From Octopus vulgaris (taxonomy: Eukaryota): 64,000 nt of DNA. The stretch is taken from assembly GCA_951406725.2 (NCBI GenBank), contig OX597822.1, forward strand, positions 31,372,001-31,436,000, given 5' to 3'. Position numbers and translations under genes: made by a program. The stretch's first letter is position 1. Each line of letters starts with the position of its first letter. Positions 1 to 14,082 of the stretch are shown one piece after another. The notes beneath the pieces were generated by a model. That model had not been told where the DNA came from, did not search any database, and was given only the letters and a program-made list of their open reading frames with translations.

Positions 1-1039
1 CTAAAGTGAAACAGATCAATGGATGAAATATTATATAATCGATGTATCAGTTAGGCTGATGACAGTGTAACTGTATAAAATAATGGGTAATGCTTTTGAA
101 CTATTCTCATAATGTTTAACATCACAGGTTTAATTCTTTTTTTCAACCATGAATAAAGGAAATGCGATATCGAGGATGGCGGACGTGAAAGCTAACGAAG
201 AACTATATAGCATAATATGGCAGGGTATAAGGGTCACTGCACAGTCAATCCAGATGCTCTTCAAATTTATACAGTGGAGCAGTAATCCTGAAGTTAGTGA
301 GTAGTCTGTTTCACCGGAACCAACACTTGGCCAGTAGTACATTTATTGTCACAGGAGAATCAAAACTGAAAGACAGATAAAAGAACGGAGAGCGCTTTAT
401 TCCATGCTCTAATGATATTGCCAATTCATCAAGCTGATAACAGCTGTTCAAACATAGGTATAATACTGAAATTTGTGTAAGAGTGTTAGTGAGTATCCTA
501 GACCACAGTACATACCGAATAATTTATTTATCGAGCCAAAAAATTTAAAGGCAAACATGATCACTCAATGATCTAAACTCATACAGAAATGGCCGTAACA
601 AGAATACGGCAGCTTACGCAATCTCGTATTGTTAATTCTGAAGCTGCAGGACATCTGGAAATAACAAGAAACTGACACAATTGATAATAACAACAATAAC
701 AATAATAACAACAACAAACTCATAGAATATTTCTTACATCATTATTATTTTTTGTTTATCTTTAATCAAATGTAAACAAACAGTTACTAGATCCTGATTT
801 CAGTAACACGTCGTATGTAGACAATTTACCAGTATCGGTTACTTTAAAATTGTCCCGTGAATCCACATTTCGAGTTCTTTGTAATTTTTTTCATGTAAAA
901 CAAAATAAAGATTGTATTAAATAATGTTTATTAGCAGTAATTAGATTCATGTAAATTTTTTTCATTCTGTAAGACAACATACTAGAGTCTGAATCGATAA
1001 AACAAATGGTCATTGTCATCACGTTATGGAAAACTAATT

Positions 1040-1072
1040 ATATTCACATATACATACATATATATGCCAGTA

Positions 1073-1122
<50 letters not shown>

Positions 1123-1123
1123 A

Positions 1124-1164
<41 letters not shown>

Positions 1165-1201
1165 CATTCATGTTCATGTATATGTCTATGTATAAATTTC
1201 T

Positions 1202-1246
<45 letters not shown>

Positions 1247-1536
1247 TGTGTATGCATGTATGTATATATAAACATACATAAAATATGTACATGAATATAT
1301 ATATAAATCAACGCACACACGAAGCCCATACTCACACGCATATATATGAATGAAGTGCATGTGTTATGGTACTTATTTCATCGTCTTGAAATGCATCCTC
1401 CAATGTATTCTTTCTTCATTTTACTCATTCATTGAAGTAATGTGTATCAAAAGTATTCAAAGAATTTGATTTATTGTATGTATCTGAATAGACGCAGTAT
1501 GATAATTAATTGTTCTGTTTTAAATTGTACGTAACT

Positions 1537-1575
<39 letters not shown>

Positions 1576-1911
1576 GGTAAAATTGTATAAGATATATTTG
1601 CTAGTACGTATATTTTTCTGTTATATATACTTATAGATATTATAAAGAGATATATTGTGTAAACAAATACACACATGCATACACAAATACATAAATGTAT
1701 GAATGCATTATATATCTATGTATGCATATATGTATATATATATATATGTATATAAATTTATATAGATATATAAATATATATGTAGCATGTATGTGTGTGT
1801 GTGTATATATATATTACGATAAGGAGAGAGAATGAAAGAGAGTGATTTATCAATGGATAGGCAAACAAAGACTAAAAGACTACTGAGATATACAGACAGA
1901 AATGTACGGAA

Positions 1912-1972
<61 letters not shown>

Positions 1973-2149
1973 TACATAGGTTTTTATGCATGAAAAGTTT
2001 GCTTGTCGCCATTTCAAGGCGACGAATTAAGTACCAGTTGAGAAGTATTATACTTGCACATGTCCACACACACACACACAAACACACACATATATATATA
2101 TATATATGGGTGTATACATGTATATATATACTTACATACATCTCTCTGT

Positions 2150-2220
<71 letters not shown>

Positions 2221-2224
2221 TATG

Positions 2225-2268
<44 letters not shown>

Positions 2269-2600
2269 TGTATGTAAGTATATATATATATGTAGTATAT
2301 AAATGATAAATAGTTAGATTGTAGTTGTATATATATGATTACAATTTGACAGTGTAAGAGCGCAGTAGCGTATATTCCGTTTGGTCGGCCGCCCGTTATA
2401 CTACACATCTCAGTAAAATAAACCCTGGCATTTAATGTAAAAGACTTTCTTTAGTGGCAATGAACGTCTGCTCCTTGTTAACCGTCAAGTATGATATATA
2501 TATATGCATATATGTACATATATATATAAATTATTTATTTGTATGTATGTATATATATATATATATATATATTTGGATATATAAAGATATATACATATAT

Positions 2601-2643
<43 letters not shown>

Positions 2644-2694
2644 GATATATAAACATATATACATATATATATATATATATTTGGATATATAAAG

Positions 2695-2748
<54 letters not shown>

Positions 2749-3105
2749 ATATATATGTCTGTGTGTGTGTGTGTATTTGTATTTGTGGATGATCATGTTG
2801 CCAGTTTACCCAATGTAAACACACGCACTATATATATTTGGTGTTCACTTGCTTCAGCTTTATTTTATATTAATTGTGTTTTTGCCAGAGTTTTTCGTCA
2901 CTTTCTGTGACCGCATCTGTAGTCCTTTGCGTTCTTCTTTCTTTTTTTTTTTTGGTATTAATTTGATTTAATTTCATTTATTTTGTTTATATTTATAATT
3001 ATTTAATTCCATGTATTTATCTGTGTATTCTATTATTTCGCGTATTTTAAGTGGCTAAACTGGCAACAAGACCGTCCCCAAATTCAGCAAAACGAATCTA
3101 TAAAC

Positions 3106-3165
<60 letters not shown>

Positions 3166-3869
3166 GTATATTACATAAATAAGCGTATTTTCTGGCGATG
3201 ATGACAGGAGTTTCTTCATCAGCAATAATATCAAATTAACCAATGTTTCCAACAGAAATCACAATAGTGTTGTTCTAGATGATGATGAGAAAGAAGGACG
3301 ATGAATGTCATTTTGCGAGCCATATAAATATGAGTTTTATTATGGTTGTGAAGCAATATAAATAAAATATTACTTTTAATAATAAGAACATGAAGATTAA
3401 CAATAACAATCATTATAACATTGTACTTGATTGGTTCCTTTAATGTGTACACACATAAAAAAACAACAAAAGTCTTCTTTAGTTTAACTATTTTCAAAGT
3501 TTTTATATTTTTTTGTAAAAAATATTGTTGAAACTCTCTAAAACATGACAAAAATTTTACAAAATTAAAAACATAACTAAATTTTATTGAATGAAACATT
3601 AAATTGGCATTAATTAGATTATATGTGATGACAGCAATATCAATTGGTTATCTACCAATATCCCGACCATGTATGACAGTATCTTCCAAAAATGGCTTCC
3701 TGGTGATTACGGCAAGAAAAGACGTTACACTACTTAACCAGGGTTTTTGAACGTATCAGTCGTATGAGACACATATGTCCATCTGCTGAATGCTAAAAAT
3801 CAATTTGGTCATAAGATTTCATCCATCAGCAATATTGCTTGCTTTTAAAAAGGAACATACATACATACA

Positions 3870-3905
<36 letters not shown>

Positions 3906-3916
3906 TATGTATATAC

Positions 3917-3994
<78 letters not shown>

Positions 3995-4006
3995 ATACAT
4001 ATTTGC

Positions 4007-4038
<32 letters not shown>

Positions 4039-5073
4039 AAGCATGAATATACACATGCATGCATATACACAGACGCCCACACACATATTCACGTACGCAT
4101 GCACACACACAGACATATATATGATGTTTACGTCATTAGAAATTAAAACTTCGAGAGAACGTGAAATAATTCTTCTGAGTCCGTAAAACTTGGATTGGAG
4201 AAAGTCATAAATAACAGCTTGAAAATCTTATGGCGAAAAATCTTTTGACATATAAAAGTGGAAGTGTGCAAGTGGGAACTGAACCCATATTCTCTGTAAT
4301 AGTGAAAGATTTTCTACCACGAGCAGTTTTCGACTTTTTTCTATGTCAATCGCTTTTATACTATAATATTCACAGGCTCGTTTTCATATCCTTATCTACA
4401 AGTTCTGTAGTTACAAAAGAATTATATCATATATATATATTAGTGTGCGTGTAATGTAAATATGTGTATATCTGCGTGGCGTGTCACTGTTTATTAGTGT
4501 GTCTGTATGTCAGTGTATGTATGTATTCATGTATTCAGGGAGAAAGATTTAATAATAATAGTATCCATAGTTGTGGTTCAGGAATTGAAGGAACTATTTC
4601 TCAATGACTTCCACTATACGTGTAGAGTCGTCAGACTGTGCTCGAGAACTGCTTAAACAGCTATGGGTATGAGGGTTCCCGTATTTCAACAAATAACAAA
4701 TTCAAACCGTTTCCCAAAAAATAATTTTGCAAAATAATGAGCTTTATATATATATATATATATATATATGCATCTACATATAGATGTATATATATATGTA
4801 TATATATGCATGTATATATATATGTATATATATATATGCATTTATATATATATATATATATAAGCATGTATATATTTATATATATATATATATATATATG
4901 CATATATATATATATATGTATATATATATGCATGTATATATATACATATATATACATGTATAGATATATATATATGCATGTATATTTATATTTATATATA
5001 TATATCAATATTTATCAGAAATAACAGTGACAATCTTGGTCCTTGTGTCCGTCTTTTGCTTCTAAATATTAAG

Positions 5074-5112
<39 letters not shown>

Positions 5113-5134
5113 TGCATATATATATACATATATG

Positions 5135-5175
<41 letters not shown>

Positions 5176-5476
5176 ATAGAGAGAGAATGTGAGTGAGTGT
5201 GTGTGCCTGTCTGTCTATGTGTCTGTATCTGTGTGAGTGTGGGTGGGTGCATTTATGAGAAAATACGTAAAAGGAGAAATAAAAAAAAATGTACAGAAGC
5301 AAATGTTTGATAGTGGAATATAGAACAATGTCGACCGGGCGAATCTTGAAATATCAGCCAGAACATTATTTCATTTAATATTCTCATTTCTCTCCCTATT
5401 GATTCTCCATTTCTCGAATTATTTTATTCTTATTCCTACGCTTCCTCCCAAAATGTGAACTTTCAGAAACTCTCTT

Positions 5477-5531
<55 letters not shown>

Positions 5532-5544
5532 CATAAATACACAC

Positions 5545-5618
<74 letters not shown>

Positions 5619-6242
5619 TACATTTAACTCATAGACATACATATACGCATATACACAAACGCAAGCACACGCACACATATATACACAAGTATATAAATGT
5701 GTGTGTGTATGTAGGTATACTCAAAGCCAATTGACACAATCTGGAATTTAATATATGACGGTTAGCATGAATAATGAAAATAAACTCTTCTCTTGTTATA
5801 AAAAGAGCAATGAAGATTTCATCAGTAGCAAATTTTTGAGACGGAAGACAAACATCACTTACAAAGTGACACGACATTAACGCATCTTTGAAAATGTCTA
5901 AAGATCGAGTGGGGTGTATTTTTGTTAATAAATTTATAATTTTCCGGACTACTCAACTCATATTCGTAGTGTATATTTACAATGTGCGTCAGTGTCCAAC
6001 TAAATAGAAAATATTTTTATCTGTAATTTAGGAGAAAAAAATTCCTAGGTATAAATAGAAAACTCCAACATAATTTGAATTGAAGTGAGGGAGATTAACA
6101 TATCATAATTATAAACATACACGATGAGGGTAACAGACCAGAAAATTATATATTTATTTCAAAATATCCTTTTAAATTTCCAATTTCATCAGACATCTGT
6201 CTGCGTGAACATCCGTTTCCGCTACAGTAATGTGAATATATG

Positions 6243-6274
<32 letters not shown>

Positions 6275-6344
6275 TGTATGTATGTATGTATGTATGTATG
6301 TATGTATGTATGTATGTGTGTATGTATGTATGTAAGTAAATATG

Positions 6345-6382
<38 letters not shown>

Positions 6383-7859
6383 CAAATATATACATATATA
6401 TAGGTGTGGGAGACGTTTGTATGTCTGTATGCATGTACATATAAAACATATGTGCACATGTATCTCTTTATATTATGAACAATCATTTACATTAACACAC
6501 ATCCCAACGCGCGTACACTTATGCACACCCCACCCAAACATCCTCACCTCTCGCATGTATTTTTCCAGAACAGTAACATTTATTACCAACGCTTGGTATA
6601 AATTAGTAATATACACATCATATATGAAGATGAATGAGGAAACAAAATTCAACCAGTCAAAAACCATTCAGGATGCATCGCAGCTTATAAATACCGGTTT
6701 ATCTTTCAGTTCCAAAATCAAAGATATATATTATTGTCACAGCATATATATCCGTATGTATGTATACAATTATGTATGTGCGCATGTAAACGTGTGTAAA
6801 TATAGTATCTGTATATATATATATATATATAAATATACATATATATATATATATATATATGTATGTATATATGTATATATATTTAAATATATATATATAT
6901 CTTTTGTATATATAAATATATACATTAATACATATATGTATATATATACCTATATATATATATACCTATATATATATACCTATATATACATATATGTATA
7001 TACCTATATATATACATATATATAAACCTATATATATACATATGTATATATATATATGCGTGTGTGTGTATGTGTGCGTGTGTGTTGAAGTATGAATATG
7101 TGTAGATTTGTTAATATGTGTATAGATATATAAACTAGAGTACATACTTGTATGCATGTATACACACACATATATATAAGTACATGTGTGTGTATGTGTG
7201 CGTATATATAATTATTTGTATATGTATGTGTGTATGTATGCACACCGAGAGGCAGAAAGCGCGCAGACGCACGCATACACATATAGTTGCACATATACAT
7301 CATTGCCTATAATTGTATATTTGCATGTGTGCGTCGTGTACTAAATTATAAATCATGTTTGCTCTCAAGTTTTTTAGAAAAATACATAGCAACGTTCATG
7401 TATATAATCAGCTGAAATTTGAACTCTGCATTGATTGGATTACATTTTGATTAAAATTCCATTGATTAATGATACTTCGTTGCCTATGGAAATAAAAATT
7501 TCTCCTCGCTCACAGCTCACACTGAATGGAAGATTCGTAGATTCCTTATTATGTTTTAAGGTTGTTGAGAAACCAACAGTATTAATAGCATCTGGATGGC
7601 AAATTTAGAATTTACTATGGACCCTATAACATTCATAAATACAAATCTATTCCCTCTTCACACATACACATATGCATAAATCCATACATACTTCCATTCA
7701 TACATACATATACATATATATATACATACATACATATACATATATATATATATATACATGCATATACATATATATATACATACATACATATACATAAATA
7801 TATACATACATACGTATACATAAATATATATATATATATACATATATATATACATACAT

Positions 7860-7892
<33 letters not shown>

Positions 7893-7906
7893 TATATGTA
7901 TGTATC

Positions 7907-7977
<71 letters not shown>

Positions 7978-8352
7978 TTATATACAAAGATATTTCCCGT
8001 TGTGGCGATTAAAAAATACAACAGCAGGAACAAGAAAGAAAAGAAAAAAAAGATTTGAAACAAATGAAAATCTTGATGATGGCTGAAATTCAGACAAATG
8101 TTTCGGTACGGAATGACAAATTCTTCAAACGAGAATAGTTTACCAATGAACACTTTGTAAATTAACACAGATGAAAGTCATTTGGTGCAAGTTACAAATA
8201 CAGCAATTTTTTTTTCTGAATGAAACTTATAATTATATTTATCTTCCATTTTTTTTTTTGCTTTTTGGTACCTTCAACTAGGAATAAACTAATTGAATAT
8301 ATAATGAAAGGCCAACGATATACATATATAAACATACATACTTACATATATA

Positions 8353-8422
<70 letters not shown>

Positions 8423-8510
8423 CATAAATATATGTATGTACATATAATTATATCTATATATATATGTATATATAAATATGCATGTATATACATATATGAA
8501 TATACGTATG

Positions 8511-8579
<69 letters not shown>

Positions 8580-8700
8580 GTGTACAGAGGGCGAGTTGTG
8601 CGTGTATGTGCACAGGTGTTTGTTTTGTTGGATAAAATGCGTCATAGTTAACTATATTTATTGTTGCATGTATATACATATGTATATATATGTATATATG

Positions 8701-8753
<53 letters not shown>

Positions 8754-8800
8754 ATGTGTGTATGTATGTATGTATATACACGCATATACAACTATGCATT
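1040..8800. repeat. Dense field of compound (TA)n/(CA)n/(TATG)n microsatellites downstream of the receptor gene
   Basis: Direct inspection. These tracts generate the YI/HT/CV pseudo-ORFs. Confidence 0.9.
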
Positions 8801-9565
8801 TATGCATTTGTGAATGTATACTTAGCGCAGTTTTATTCCTACATAATTTAAATTTCATTTTGGTGCTGTATTCTCCTTCCAATTGTAGCGCGACTTGTAT
8901 TGCAGTTTTGACATGGTAAACTAACAATTCTATCACGTGATGATTCGCACATAAGTGAGTACAATGATGTCTTCTTTACAATTGTCTTTGTTTTTATGTA
9001 AATACGTTTGTTTGTATGTAAATACGTGCGAATTATAGTTCATATGTTTACACGTGTACATATTTTTCGGTATACAGATGTATTTATATTTGTATAAATT
9101 TATTTATGTATGTACGTGTTTTTATCGTTCTTTCCGATAATTTGGATTCTTGCATCATATTTGTTAACTAAAATATCGCCTACATTTATTTCATATCAAC
9201 AATATTACGCCGTATATGTACATTGTTTAAAACTTATAGACAATATTTATTGGTAATTTGACGTGGTTTCATAAGTTACGTTTGATCAATGGAAAATGGA
9301 ATCATGCTCATTCGAAATTCAACTTTCAAAAGATGAGTCAAATAAATCGACTTGTGAGACCTGCATGAATCTAAATAGATAATTTTATCAAATGAGTTTT
9401 TTTTTTCTTGGAAGATTTCATTTTGATTTTCAAATTATATTTAACAGTTTTCAATCCTCTCCTATTTTCTCGCCGTATTATATATATTTTTTTTAATTTT
9501 ACATTTCGGCTTTAAGATTCCTTGAGGAGTTTCGGTGAGAGATATTGTTCCTTTACAATTTATTG

Positions 9566-10689
9566 TCAGCAGAGTGTTGATTCGTTATTTCTCTCTGATG
9601 AACTAAACCCATGGTAGTATGTACTTGACTCAATACCTTTAAGACTTTGTGTGCGATTCAATCGTCCAAACGAACTGTAATCACAAACCATGAGTTTGAT
9701 AAACGTTGCTTTAAAAGTTCTATTGAAAATAGTATATATGATTGGATTCAGAGTACTCGATATATAACCTAACCATACAAAAGCCACAAAAAGGAACTGG
9801 TCTACGTGGCACCATTTACAAAGTACAGTCATAACATTAGTGGTGAAAAAAGGAGCCCAGCTAACAACAAAAATGGTGAACACAACAGCTAACACTTTAG
9901 TAGCCTTCCGTTCCGTTTGCACAGCATTCTCTTTCGCGTTGTCTCTTCTTAATAAAGCTTTAGAGGTTATGTTATGTTTTGCAATTAGATAGCGAAATTT
10001 CGAATGTCTTGGACTCGCAGGAGATGAATTAGCACTAAAGCCACTTGTATCTCCCTGACTTTGTACTTCTGATGGTCCTTTGTCTACTTTAGGCGCAGCT
10101 GTACTCTCATTTTTAGCTAGAAGCTTGCGGTTTTCGTTGCTATCCATTGCCCACTTTCTTGTAGAAGGCACCGTTTTGGTCGTGTTACTCGTTGTATTGG
10201 ATTTGGGCGTTTGGAAACGTTTATCTACAATTGGATTTTTACTTTTTCGCTTGCTTCCTTGAACTCTTCTAATCATAGGGCGGCCTTCATCTTTTTTCTG
10301 ATTGCACAACCGTGCCTGTTCATTTAGTAACTGCATCGTCAGTACATTGGTTACAACCATAATGACAAGCGGGATAAAGAATGCTATGATAGAACCGTAT
10401 ATTATAAAATAGTCATTGTTAACTAGACATCGTCTTTCTATAATTAAATTATGTTCATCTACAATGCCGAGTACTGTAATTGGACTGCTCACAACTAACG
10501 ACAGTGACCATACGATTAGTAGCTTTACCGCTACAGTAACCTTTGATTTGTTTCTCGTCTTCAATGGATAACGTATTCCGATATATCGGTCAACTGATAT
10601 CGTACAGAGATGCATAATTGATGCCGTACACATCATCACGTCAGATGTCACATAAAAATTGCACAATCCTAAACTGAGACTCCAGTATC
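9566..10689 (-). CDS. 5-HT2-type serotonin receptor, coding exon 2: ECL1 to C-terminus
   Basis: Acceptor TTTTTTTTTTCAG|GA at 10690, in frame with exon 1 (EFR-G-YWSLSLGLCNFY). Motifs DVMMCTASIMHLCTISVDRY (D3.32, DRY), FFIPLVIM, ERKATKVL..SWAPFF and FVWLGYISSTLNPIIY closely resemble 5-HT2 receptors. Spliced CDS is 1542 nt (513 aa plus stop). Confidence 0.95.
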
Positions 10690-11944
10690 CTGAAAAAAAA
10701 AAAGAACAAAATTAATCGATGCAAAGAGTGTGGTGGATATATTATATATATATATATATATACATATATATGAAAACATTACATAAAATAAGAATATAAA
10801 GTGATTCATAAATGCCAATATACTTAATAAAGCACAAGAATTTTGAATGTGCAGGCAAACCATTCATTTGGACAAGATTATGAATTTGAGAATAACTTCC
10901 TCCAGTTTTTTTCATATGTTGCACATGCCGTTAGCTAATCATGTTTAATGCTCTGATTGCTCTGACTTAGCCATGTGTCATAAAAGCTATTATAACATAT
11001 CGTTAACACTACGCAGGATGGGTTATGGTTTATTACTTAGTATAAATTGTGACTCACTCCCAACTAACCAGAAATATTATTCCTCAAATTCTGCAGTGAA
11101 TAATATTGTACTCTGTTTTTTTTTAAAAATTTTCCAGAATGTTGAGCACTAAAATTAGAATGTACATATAATTATCTTATTCGAAAAACTAATTATATAG
11201 TTTGTTCCGATGTCAACTGTAAATTTCTATAGATACTCAGATATCACAATAAGTTTAACATCCCGAAATTAAAATAGATCTTAGTCCACCTCGTGTATTA
11301 ACTACAAGGCTATCGAATACCGGTAAGAGAATACGTAGCAGACCAAAATTAAGACATTTTGCAAAATATATTACCAAGAATATCGAATATATTTGGATTG
11401 ACGTCTACCACATTTATTTTTATAAACGCTGTCATACACTATTCAGCAGATTTTTGCGTGACCATGTAGCTTTGTGGACTAAGAACACCGGTTTATGAAT
11501 GTATGTATGTATGTATGCATATATGCATATTACCTTGATATAATGAAACCGGTGTTTTAAGATATTTGTTATGTGTCAAGTTAATATCTACCATTTTGTC
11601 TCCCTCTCTGTCTGTCTGTTTGTCTCTCTGAATGACAAAGTGCAACAAATGAGTGATTACTCCATTGAAATCTATGACCAAAGACGCCATTGTTCCAAGG
11701 TTGCAATATATAAGACTAATAATTCATGAATAAATATACAACAGAATATGAAGACCACATACAAGTCATCGTGGTCAGCAACATCAAACGAACGTTGTTC
11801 TGTTTATCAAATTAATCGAGTCTGCTTTAGCGTAGGGATATCGATTTGCGCATATTACAGAAAACTTCGACTAAAAACTGTTTTCGTCTTCGTTCATCAC
11901 ACACACACACGCGCGCGCGCATATATCATTCTTTAAAAATTTGG

Positions 11945-12135
11945 CAGTAAGCCAACAATTTTAGGGGAAACGGGTCAGTCGATTACATCGACACTTGTGC
12001 TCAATTGATATTTATGTTATCGAACAGAAGGGATGAAAGAGAGTGTCATCTTCGGCATGATTTCAACTCAGAACCTGAAGAGTCAGTAAGAATGCCGCCT
12101 GGCATTTCATCTGAAGAATCAACAATCTTGCTCGC
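11945..12135 (-). mobile_element. Old, diverged family C-related SINE; similar relics near 500-610, 12810-12960, 17490-17640 and 62600-62900
   Basis: GTCGATTACATCGAC...GGATGAAAG...TTCAACTCAGAAC. Confidence 0.55.
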
Positions 12136-12682
12136 TTAATAATTATAATGATGAGAATAATAATGATGATGATGATGATGATGATAATAATAATAATGAT
12201 AATAATAATAATAAAGATGGGCTACAGCAAGTATTCTGCTCAATACCACAGATTTGCTTGTCAGTTTTTTTACTTTAACAAGTTGAGCATATCCCTTGGT
12301 GGCTGACGATATGTGCATCTCTGATCACGAGCAGAAGTAGTGGGGTGGGGCATCGTTGTCATGTGTTGAGAGAGATTCTTTGGGGCTTGAATAATTCACC
12401 TCTGGAAAGATGGGTGGCTCGTTCAACATCCTTAAGCAACCCTTATTCAGAGACCTTTTGAGCGGGATGGGTTACTTGACCAGAAGAAAATTCTAACTGG
12501 GCTCTACCTGCAAGATCATGTGCTGTTTATCTTGATATGAGATCAGCATGTCGCACACATATGGTTGTGATGCATGTGCCGGGTGTACCCTTATCAGATG
12601 GGTAGTCATGATGGGTATACTGGGCTTCGTATATTTTACCCCAGTGTCACTTAGATTGTATGCACTGCTCTCTCTCTCACTC

Positions 12683-12776
<94 letters not shown>

Positions 12777-13017
12777 GGTAGTAGAAGAAAGTCCTTTTTA
12801 CAAATGGCACGAGGCTTGAAATTATCGTAGGAGTGGGTTTAGTCGATTATATAGAGACCAGTTTTGTACTGGTACCTATTTTATCGGCCGTGAGAGGATG
12901 AAAGTAAAAGTCGAATTTGGAAGTCTGAATATTAAAATGAAGGAAAGGCCGATAAGCACTTTCTACTATGTACTACAGATGTACTAACGAATAGTTGTGT
13001 TACAGAAACGATAAAAT

Positions 13018-13230
13018 AAGGCAGCGAGCTGGCAGAAACGTTAGCAAGCCGCGCGAAATACTTTGTGTTATTACGTCCGCTACTGCGTTCTGAGTTCAAA
13101 TTCCGCCGAGGTCGACTTTGCCTTTCATCCTTTCGGGGTCGATAAATTAAGTACCAGTTACGCACTGGGGTCGATGTAATCAAGTTAATCTGTTTGTCTG
13201 TCCTTGTTTGTCCCCTCTATGTTCAGCCCT
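13018..13230 (+). mobile_element. SINE family C
   Basis: GAGCTGGCAGAAACGTTAGC head, GAGTTCAAATTCC B-box, GACTTTGCCTTTCATCCTTTCGGGGTCGATAAA body. Several copies in the window. Confidence 0.85.
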
Positions 13231-13675
13231 ATGTTTTGAGCTAAATATTTATGAGCGTTTAATGCAATTGTTGCATGTTCAGGCCGAGATATTCCTATGA
13301 GTAGGGATTGTAGAGTATAAAATGAATTATTGATAAAATATTTATACAAATCTCTCACCGTATGGAATTTAAATTAGATGCATGTCAAATTTGCTTTTAA
13401 TCTTAGCCTTTACAGACATACCATTTTTCTTCGATTTATTTCCTAGCATAGGAACTTTCGATGAAGTATTCAGACGGAAGCATATTGGAGATACGGCAAG
13501 TATTACGACTGCTTTCATTAAACTGACAACACATACAATATTGCAGTTCTGACTTTATTTGATAGAAGTCAAAATTCCTTTATCACCGTAATGATTGAGT
13601 CTCCATTTCCCTTTGCAGCGATGTGTGACTCTGTTGTCTGCATTATCCCTGTGCCTTAATTGTCTAAGAGAATCT

Positions 13676-14082
13676 TCTTTCTTTATTGCCCACAAAGGGT
13701 TAATCATAGAGCGGACAAACAAGGACAGACAAAGGGATTAAATTGATTACATCGACCCCAGTGCATAACGTGTACTTAATTTATCGACCCCGAAAGGATG
13801 AAAGGCAAAGTCGACCTTGGCGGAATTTGAACTCAGAACGTAACGGCAGACGAAATACCTATTTTTTTACTACCCACAAGGAGCTAGACACAGAGAGGAC
13901 AAACAAGGACAGACAAAGGGATTAATTCGATTATATCGACCCCAGTGCATAACTCGTACTTAATTTATCGACTCCGAAAGGATGGCAGGCAAAGTCGACC
14001 TCGGCGGAATTTGAACTCAGAACGTAACGGCAGACGAAATACGGCTACGAATTTCGCCCGGCGTACTAGCGTTTCTGCCAGC
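13676..14082 (-). mobile_element. SINE family C partial tandem dimer with 8-bp TSD
   Basis: Two units (13676-13859 and 13860-14082) flanked by GAGAATCT at 13668-13675 and 14083-14090. Confidence 0.85.

Noticed and set aside
130-400. 70-aa minus ORF and possible RTE relic (NEELY...GHC) on the plus strand
   Set aside because: No coherent frame or splice signals, so evidence is insufficient
2572-2705. CRISPR-like repeat-spacer pattern
   Set aside because: The spacers are just (TA)n, the context is eukaryotic, and there are no cas genes
2884-2925. GTCAC/GTGAC hairpin followed by GAAA on the minus strand
   Set aside because: The upstream core reads CAGATGC and no helix III or NUH can be formed
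3185-3228. Minus-strand CTGATGA-A-GAAAC-TCCT-GTC hammerhead-like core
   Set aside because: No helix II and no helix I pairing, so probably chance
8085-8135. Minus-strand TTGAAGA...CCGAAACATTTGTC
   Set aside because: Helix III and GUC are plausible, but helices I and II do not pair. At best a decayed relic.
1006-8936. Dozens of ORFs rich in YI/HT/CV/MY, here and throughout the window
   Set aside because: They are translations of stop-free dinucleotide and tetranucleotide microsatellites, with no protein signal
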